A stretch of 64,000 nucleotides of DNA. It comes from Promethearchaeota archaeon (GTDB taxonomy: Archaea; Asgardarchaeota; Lokiarchaeia; Sigyniarchaeales; SOKP01). Position 1 is the stretch's first letter, and each line of letters begins with the position of its first letter. Positions 20,612 through 27,065 of this stretch are shown piece by piece. The translations under genes were made by a program, and so were the position numbers. The notes under the pieces were generated by a model, which saw only the letters and a program-made list of their open reading frames with translations, was not told the DNA's origin and ran no database searches. The stretch lies in the NCBI GenBank assembly GCA_019058245.1, contig JAHPZJ010000027.1, forward strand, positions 16,330 to 80,329, given 5' to 3'.

Positions 20612-21829
20612 ATGGTTTTTAAAGTCATGGATAAACGAACAATTAAACTTTTGCAGACACGAATGAAAAGGGATGTGAATGTAGGAATTCATGGTATATT
20701 AGATTCAGAAGCTAGCAGATATTATAAAGAAGAAAGTGAAGAAATAAGACCTCCATTCTTTAGAGATGTTGATAGAATAGTTCATTCCAAAGCTTATGCC
20801 CGTTATATTGATAAATCTCAAGTATTTTTCGATATTAATAATGCAAACATCACTCATCGCTCATTACATGTTCATATTGTTTCAAGGATTGCTCGTCAGA
20901 TAGGAAGAGTTTTAAGATTAAATACCGATCTAATAGAAGCAATTTCATTGGGGCATGATATTGGACATGCCCCATTTGGACATCTGGGTGAAGATATTTT
21001 AAATGAAATAAGCAAAAACTATAAAATTGGGTCTTTTACTCATAATGCACAGGGAATTAGATGGCTTTCATATCTTGAAAAAAGAAATCCAGAACGTCCT
21101 GCTAATGGACTTAATTTAACATTGCAGGTTCTCGATGGGATATTATGTCATGATGGTGAAGTTAATGAGCAAAAATTAAAACCTATAAAAAGAAATGGAA
21201 AGTCTTGGGAAGATCATTTCAAAGAATATGAGGACTGTTTTAATGAGAATAAAATTAAGAGAATACCTATGACTTATGAAGCTATAGTAACTCGGTTCAG
21301 TGATACTATCAGCTATATAGGCAGAGATATTGAAGATGCAATTTTATTGAAATTAGTTTCTCGAGACCAAATTCCTAAATATTGCAAAAAAATTCTCGGA
21401 GATACAAATGCAAAAATAATAGATACTTTAATAACTGATTTACTGAACTTTAGTTTAGATAATGATATAATCGGTTATAGTGATGAAATTTTTCAAGCGC
21501 TAAAAGACCTGAAAACATTTAATTATGAAAATATATATATTAGAAGAGATTTAGAAGAGACATCCTCTACAAGGACATACTTAGATGAATTAAAAGAAAA
21601 ATTTTTCCTTATTTTCGAAAGATCATTAATAGATTTAGAGGAGGGAAATTATGAAGCACCCATCTTTAAAGACCATATTGAATATATTGATGATAAAAAT
21701 TATTCTACATATTATTTTCCACTTAAAGATGATAAAAAGCTAACTCTAATAACAAGAGATTATATTGCAGGGATGTCTGATAAATACTTTAATGAGATAT
21801 TTAGCCAGTTTCATAAAAAAGTAATTTAA
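20612..21829 (+). CDS. HD-domain dGTP triphosphohydrolase-like protein
   Basis: RDVDRIVHSKAY, HRSLH, GHDIGHAPFGHLGE, DYIAGMSD motifs. Confidence 0.88.
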   Translation: MVFKVMDKRTIKLLQTRMKRDVNVGIHGILDSEASRYYKEESEEIRPPFFRDVDRIVHSKAYARYIDKSQVFFDINNANITHRSLHVHIVSRIARQIGRVLRLNTDLIEAISLGHDIGHAPFGHLGEDILNEISKNYKIGSFTHNAQGIRWLSYLEKRNPERPANGLNLTLQVLDGILCHDGEVNEQKLKPIKRNGKSWEDHFKEYEDCFNENKIKRIPMTYEAIVTRFSDTISYIGRDIEDAILLKLVSRDQIPKYCKKILGDTNAKIIDTLITDLLNFSLDNDIIGYSDEIFQALKDLKTFNYENIYIRRDLEETSSTRTYLDELKEKFFLIFERSLIDLEEGNYEAPIFKDHIEYIDDKNYSTYYFPLKDDKKLTLITRDYIAGMSDKYFNEIFSQFHKKVI

Positions 21830-21938
21830 TTAATTTTACTTTTTTAATTCATATTTTCCCCATATACATCCCAATTTTTCTTTTATTCAAATTTGATTAT
21901 ATTATACTTATATCATAATGTATTTAATAATAAAAGGG

Positions 21939-22081
21939 TGGATTACACTAGGAGGATTATTGTAAAAAAGTATTTTCAGTTTATACGGGGTTTTTTTTTT
22001 CAGTCACACGGGGTTTTAAAAACTAGTTTTTTTTAAACTGATCTCTTTTTAAAATCCTCCAAAACAAGTGTGTGTAATCCA
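21939..22081. ncRNA. Putative structured non-coding element (long interrupted hairpin, ~145 nt)
   Basis: Nested complementary blocks: TGGATTACAC 21939-48/GTGTAATCCA 22072-81; GGAGGATT 21951-58/AATCCTCC 22053-60; AAAAAG 21965-70/CTTTTT 22045-50; TCAGTTTA 21976-83/TAAACTGA 22034-41; internal direct repeat TTTTCAGTnnAnACGGGGTTTT. Confidence 0.5.
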
Positions 22082-22311
22082 AGTAAATTAATATTGATCT
22101 TAATAAATAAATCTATCTTATTTGACAAAAAAATAAAAATAAAAAAATAGTTATAATTTACAAGCTTTTTAATAATATTCTTATGAATTAAGATGTTGCT
22201 ATCATGATATTAATTCGATTCATAAGTTATTTTACCAAATTTTAATTGTTAGATAAATAATTAGGATCCTTTAGATTTCTAAATAATTCATATTAAAGAT
22301 TTTATTTTACT

Positions 22312-23403
22312 TTATATCATTAAATTTCTGACTTTTAAACATTTTCGGAATATATAAATATAAATTAATACGAAAATTATATCTGTAATTAAATTACCTA
22401 TTCGATATATAAGCAATGAATTATTGATGTATCTCAAAAAATCAATAGTATTACTAATAAATTCAGATATTGTATTTAGAAAGCTAATTATTCCCAATAT
22501 CGACATAACATATAAAACACAAGCGGAAGATGTATTTATCTTAAAATCAAACCATTTCACTCCATCTGTCGTATTGTTCAAATGAGATTTTCTAAATTTT
22601 AGACAACAAACTAATGAATATAAATAAAACCCTAAAACAATCGATGGTATCAGGAAAAACAGTAAAATTGAAAAAATATCAGAGGGAATAATAGTTAAAG
22701 TAAAATCGAAAATATAGATAAATATTATAGAGCAGATACTTATAATACCAATCGTGGTTCTAATAAATATAATTAAAGTAGAGGTGCTATTTAATTCAAA
22801 TCTAAAAAATTTTGTTTTATTACTATTCTCATCTGTAAGAGGCTCCATCTTCTTTCTATCTCTTTTTGAGAATAATAAGCATTTATATATTGTATATCCA
22901 TCAATCAGAGCAAAAAAGATTGCTTCAATTAAAATCAATATAATTGGCATAAGAAAAATAAATATTCCCGGTAAATCTATGAACCTATTCAAGCTAAAAA
23001 TTATTATATAAATTGTTCCATAAATCCCTGCAAAAAAACTAATTAATCCAAATAATGACATAAAGAAAAGAACAGTGGCAGAAGTTCTGTTCATACTAAA
23101 TCCAAACCAATCTATAGAATTATTTTAATCAATTAAATACTTATCTCTCGTTATTAAACAAGAAAATAAAGTATAAACCATTATTGATAGTTGTATCAAA
23201 TAGAGGATACTACCAATTAAAGTAATTATTAAATCGTTGATTGGAGGTATTGGTTGCATGTCGATAAAATCAAGGATATAATTATAACCGGTTGATATTG
23301 AAGAAATTAGAAATGCTATAACTAAATAAAAGAGAATTACTGTAGAAGTCTGGTCTAAACTAAATCCAAAAAACTTTAACTCTTCATTTCTCTGATCATC
23401 CAC
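22312..23403 (-). pseudogene. Four-repeat membrane protein gene interrupted by one in-frame TAA (23125-23127); ORF track splits it into 22312-23094 and 23125-23454
   Basis: Both ORFs share a frame; the 10 codons between them read NNSIDWFGFS, restoring the (W/F)FxFxxxxxS repeat head seen four times; likely GTG start 23403 with GGTGA upstream. Confidence 0.7.
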
Positions 23404-23518
23404 GGATATCACCTTATCTATGAAAAGTAAATATATGTATTTAAAATTAATCAATATAGGTTTAGATTTAAAAATTGAGAAAGTTTTTTAGAATTATCAA
23501 CTTATTAATAATTAAATC

Positions 23519-23620
23519 AGCCCAGTGGTGTAGCGGTCAAGCATCGGGGGCCCTGATAAGTCTAAACGTCTAGGATCTTGGAGATACCCCTGAACCACGG
23601 TTCGAATCCGTGCTGGGCTA
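23519..23620 (+). tRNA. tRNA-Gln(CTG) with 29-nt intron at 37/38 (23557-23585)
   Basis: Acceptor AGCCCAG/CTGGGCT with A1-U72, D arm GTGTAGCGGTCAAGCAT, T arm CACGG-TTCGAAT-CCGTG, anticodon CTG 23553-55, BHB geometry at exon junctions; CCA not encoded. Confidence 0.88.
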
Positions 23621-23699
23621 TTTTTATACTGGTATTCTTTGTTATCTACTTATATTTATATAATTGAATTTTCTTATTCTTAATTACAAACTAAGGAAA

Positions 23700-24425
23700 A
23701 TGATAGAAATGTTAATTGATCCAAAAGTAAATAAATTGATAATCTTTAATGGTGGCGGTGGTATTGTTGAAAGACAGATTAAACTATCCTTAAATCAAGG
23801 TTTAAATAAATTTGAGATTGCCAATGTACCCGCTTCATTTGATCCTAATTCTGCAGATATCCAATTAGAATTTATTAATCCAGGAGATAAAGATTCAATC
23901 ACCTTACAGCAAACAATTGTATCACTTCCAGATAGAAATACTTCTCAGCAGATTATAGACCGAGAAAAATCCGCAGCAACCAGTATTATTTCATATGCTA
24001 TTGATTTTACGCGTGAATTAAGAGAAAAAGTTTCTAATATATGTGAAGCAAGTTCTTATAGAACATTTGCGGATATGAAGGGTGTATTTGATTTTATAAT
24101 AAGTGCTTCAAAAGTGGGTGAAATAATTGTAAAGATAATATATTTCATTGCAGATCTCCGTATTAAATGGCAAACTACATTGCAAGTTGATATAAAAAAT
24201 GATGGCAAAAATGCTCAAATCGAAGGATTTCTCGTTGTGGATAATCAAACAGGATTTTCTTATGAAAATGTAGAACTTGGTTTTGCAATTTTCGAGTTAC
24301 CGAGTACTGACATGGAGATACAATATGATAATTTTGGTGAAGCCGAAGAAGAAATGGCTCAACAGGCGATTTCGAGCCTATCAAAACAAAAAAGAACTCA
24401 ACGAATGAGGAATTTAATGCTCTGA
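23700..24425 (+). CDS. DUF4140/DUF4139-like protein, N-terminal part
   Basis: IVERQIKLSLNQGLNKFEIANVPASFDPNS and W...L.VD......IEGFLVVDNQTG..YENVEL resemble DUF4140/4139; ATG 23700 preferred over TTG 23664. Confidence 0.6.
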   Translation: MIEMLIDPKVNKLIIFNGGGGIVERQIKLSLNQGLNKFEIANVPASFDPNSADIQLEFINPGDKDSITLQQTIVSLPDRNTSQQIIDREKSAATSIISYAIDFTRELREKVSNICEASSYRTFADMKGVFDFIISASKVGEIIVKIIYFIADLRIKWQTTLQVDIKNDGKNAQIEGFLVVDNQTGFSYENVELGFAIFELPSTDMEIQYDNFGEAEEEMAQQAISSLSKQKRTQRMRNLML

Positions 24426-24426
24426 G

Positions 24427-25116
24427 GTGAAAAAAGTGAAAGCTAATGTACCTACTCGTAAAAAAATAAAGCTTAATTGGTTTAAATCGAATTGTGCATT
24501 GAATATTGAGCGCAAGATTGCAATTGAATATAATACCAATTCAGTAACTTATAATAAAATAACTTGGGATGTTTTAGTTCAATATGTTCTCACAAAAGAG
24601 GGAGATCCTAAAGAAATTCCTGCAAATTCCCCAATGACGCTCTACAAGGGAGGCTTACCTTTCCTTTTCTTATCAACTTCAGTAACAATTGGGAATAAAA
24701 TAATCTCAGAGGAACTGATTGATTCAGATATTACTGTTGACGATGATATTATAAATGTTGATGAAGGAGAAGATAAAGTCACCTACGAAGATGCTCGGGA
24801 TCCTAAAGAGCATATTGAGGTAAGAACTCGACTTGATAAAATTACAAGGAAAATTACTATTGAAAACAAACTAGACAATGAAATAGATTTAGAACTTAAT
24901 TTCAAACAAACAAAAGATGTTTCTTTTATAAAATCACAACCTGAACCATCAAAAGTCGAAGAACCTAATTATAATTATAATATAAAAATACCTTCAGAGC
25001 AAAAAGGCAGTGTAATCTTAGATCTTCAAGCAAAAATTGTGAAAAGAGTTACAAGAATTAAACCAGAATATTTAAAATTAGAAGAAAATAGAATTAATAG
25101 GTTTAAAGATAAATAA
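24427..25116 (+). CDS. DUF4139-like protein, C-terminal part, coupled to upstream gene
   Basis: RKITIENKLDNEIDLEL beta-rich segment; starts 1 nt after upstream stop. Confidence 0.5.
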   Translation: MKKVKANVPTRKKIKLNWFKSNCALNIERKIAIEYNTNSVTYNKITWDVLVQYVLTKEGDPKEIPANSPMTLYKGGLPFLFLSTSVTIGNKIISEELIDSDITVDDDIINVDEGEDKVTYEDARDPKEHIEVRTRLDKITRKITIENKLDNEIDLELNFKQTKDVSFIKSQPEPSKVEEPNYNYNIKIPSEQKGSVILDLQAKIVKRVTRIKPEYLKLEENRINRFKDK

Positions 25117-25299
25117 CTAATTTTTTTTATTTTAAGCAAAAAAATTTTGATATTTTAGGTTGTCCCTAGTACATTGGGATTTTTTTTCTATATTTGATAT
25201 CTATTAAAATTCAAAAGTATAGGTATAAAACATTTAAAATTACAAATGTATTTTTATTACATAATTAAAACTTAAATTAATATAAAAAGTAGAAGTCCA

Positions 25300-25551
25300 A
25301 TGAAACTGGAACGTATTAAAATTGAAAAAAAAAGATTTCTTACCCTTACGGTTATCTTCATAATAGCAGGGTCAATTCTTCTTGTTTTATCTGGTATTTG
25401 GGTTGTATCATGAGGTGAAATCGTGTATTCTTACGAATATTTAATGATTCCCGCAATAATATGCTATGTGGGGGCAATTGCTTTTTTTATAGTATATTTA
25501 ATAGTAGTTATAATGCAATTTCGAATGAAAAGAATAAATCAAGCAAATTAA
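25300..25551 (+). CDS. Candidate small membrane selenoprotein A (83 aa, Sec38 from TGA 25411-25413)
   Basis: MKLERIKIEKKRFLTLTVIFIIAGSILLVLSGIWVVS-U-GEIVYSYEYLMIPAIICYVGAIAFFIVYLIVVIMQFRMKRINQAN; similarity to the paralogue continues on both sides of the TGA; SECIS-like element downstream. Confidence 0.8.
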
Positions 25552-25586
25552 AAATTATATCGAGAAAATGAGTATATATAAGATCT

Positions 25587-25657
25587 AACTTGAGAAAAAT
25601 GATTTCTATAAAAAAATTTTAGTTATAGGATGATTATCCCCGCAAGGGACTCAAGTT
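25587..25657 (+). promoter_or_regulatory. Eukaryote-type SECIS-like element 1 (3'UTR)
   Basis: Helix I AACTTGAG/CTCAAGTT; core ATGA-T 25599-603 and TGAT 25631-34; helix II TTCTATAA/TTATAGGA; loop AAAAATTTTAG; extra hairpin CCC-GCAA-GGG; T-run follows. Confidence 0.82.
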
Positions 25658-25788
25658 TTTTTATTTATATTTATAATGAATCATAAAAAAATAATCAAGA
25701 ATTTCACACACTAATATTAAAAAGAAAAAACTGATTTATATAGAATAATTATATAATAAATTAATCAACATTTAAAGGGAAAGATTCA

Positions 25789-26004
25789 ATGAAATATAGC
25801 ACAAGTAGAGAAATATTTTCTGGATTTACGGTTTTCTTTGTAATTATCGGTATATGTCTTCTTTTATTATCTGGTCTTATGGCTTGAGGAACACAAGTAT
25901 TTCCATACGCGTGGGTTCCAGCAATTATATGTTTTGTTGGTGCGATAATTTCCTATGATTCATATAAAAAAGTAGTAAAACAAGATTCTCGAAATAAAAA
26001 ATAA
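25789..26004 (+). CDS. Candidate small membrane selenoprotein B (71 aa, Sec33 from TGA 25885-25887)
   Basis: MKYSTSREIFSGFTVFFVIIGICLLLLSGLMA-U-GTQVFPYAWVPAIICFVGAIISYDSYKKVVKQDSRNKK; paralogue of 25300-25551; SECIS-like element downstream. Confidence 0.8.
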
Positions 26005-26053
26005 ATTATGTTCCTAAAGAATATACTGATAAACTCTGTTTAATTGTCATCAT

Positions 26054-26125
26054 TAATCCAAAAAAATGATTCCTATAAAAAAATCTTAGTTGTAGGATGA
26101 TTATCCCCGCAAGGGATTTGGATTA
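26054..26125 (+). promoter_or_regulatory. Eukaryote-type SECIS-like element 2 (3'UTR)
   Basis: Helix I TAATCCAAA/TTTGGATTA; core ATGA-T 26066-70 and TGAT 26098-101; helix II TCCTATAA/TTGTAGGA; loop AAAAATCTTAG; same CCC-GCAA-GGG hairpin. Confidence 0.82.
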
Positions 26126-26134
26126 CATATTTTT

Positions 26135-26494
26135 TTAACCAGTTCTTTTGATTATATGATATCCAAATTTGGACTTTACTGGTTGTGAAATCTCACCTAT
26201 CTTCAAATTCGTGCATGCATTCCAGAACTCCGGAACCATATCTCCTTTAGCAAATTCACCTAAATTACCACCTCTTTTCTTACTCGAACATGTGGAATAT
26301 TGGTTTGCCAATTGCTCAAATTTTTCACCTGCCTTTAAATCCTCATAAATCTCTTGAGCTTTAGTAAATTTTTCTACTAAGATGTGACTTGCTTTAATTT
26401 TTCCTCCACGAATGGGATTCCCTCCTGTTTTTGAGCCTCCTCCTTTTGATTGTGATCCTTTTTGAAATCCCTTTCCATATTTATTTTTTCCCAT
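26135..26494 (-). CDS. Parvulin-type peptidyl-prolyl isomerase with Gly/Lys-rich N-terminal extension
   Basis: ASHILV, YSTCSSKKRGGNLG, MVPEF, PVKSKFGYHII. Confidence 0.92.
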   Translation of the reverse strand: MGKNKYGKGFQKGSQSKGGGSKTGGNPIRGGKIKASHILVEKFTKAQEIYEDLKAGEKFEQLANQYSTCSSKKRGGNLGEFAKGDMVPEFWNACTNLKIGEISQPVKSKFGYHIIKRTG

Positions 26495-26573
26495 ATAAAT
26501 TCACTATAATTGAATAAATTTAGTTAAAAATTTCTGATATACTTTTTATAAGTCAAAAAATAAGTTAAATAGA

Positions 26574-26990
26574 TTAATTGATTATGAGATACCTGAAATT
26601 CTTAATCTCTTCAATGCTGTTTATTTCGACAACAAGTCTTTGGAATCCTTGAAGAGTTCCATCATAAACCATGAATGTGATAAAATTATTATTAACAAAA
26701 TTTTGGTTTTTACTTACTATTTCTTCTTTATACTCATTTTCAATTCGGTTTAGTTTCTTTTGAACATAATGATCATTTGGAGCAACTATAATCATATTAC
26801 CAATTATATTTTTTGTGATTGGGAGTAACTCGCTAGATGAATCGAGACTAGAGGATATATCCTCTGTTGACATTAAGCGTAATAAAGCATCTCGGATTAA
26901 TTTAGACTTATTATCATAATGATTTTTTGAAACAAGCTTATTTATGAACTTTTTAAGACTCTCGTTAATACTAATACTTATAATGGGCAA
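26574..26990 (-). CDS. Ribbon-helix-helix (CopG/NikR-like) transcriptional regulator
   Basis: N-terminal IISISINESL...YDNKSKLIRDAL RHH plus ACT-like C-terminal domain. Confidence 0.75.
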   Translation of the reverse strand: MPIISISINESLKKFINKLVSKNHYDNKSKLIRDALLRLMSTEDISSSLDSSSELLPITKNIIGNMIIVAPNDHYVQKKLNRIENEYKEEIVSKNQNFVNNNFITFMVYDGTLQGFQRLVVEINSIEEIKNFRYLIIN

Positions 26991-27065
26991 GTTTTTTCCT
27001 CTTTATTTCCTATTTAATATTAATACTAGATAAACAGATTTATAAATTTTTTTTACAAAATAGTC

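Noticed and set aside
25411-25425. TGAGGTGAAATCGTG read as stop + SD + GTG restart (two coupled mini-ORFs instead of Sec)
   Set aside because: The paralogue has the same TGA-GG but no start codon before its conserved second helix, and both have SECIS-like 3' elements; read-through explains both copies. Not fully excluded for copy A.
25300-26004. TGA as Trp/Gly (alternative genetic code) or simple pseudogenes
   Set aside because: TGA ends ordinary genes in this window (e.g. 11789, 20515, 24425, 48033) and long ORFs use TGG for Trp; two diverged pseudogenes would be unlikely to keep the same lone stop, open downstream frames and a conserved RNA structure
23519-26130. Integrated mobile element at the tRNA-Gln 3' end
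   Set aside because: No integrase/transposase and no repeat of the tRNA 3' end seen in the window
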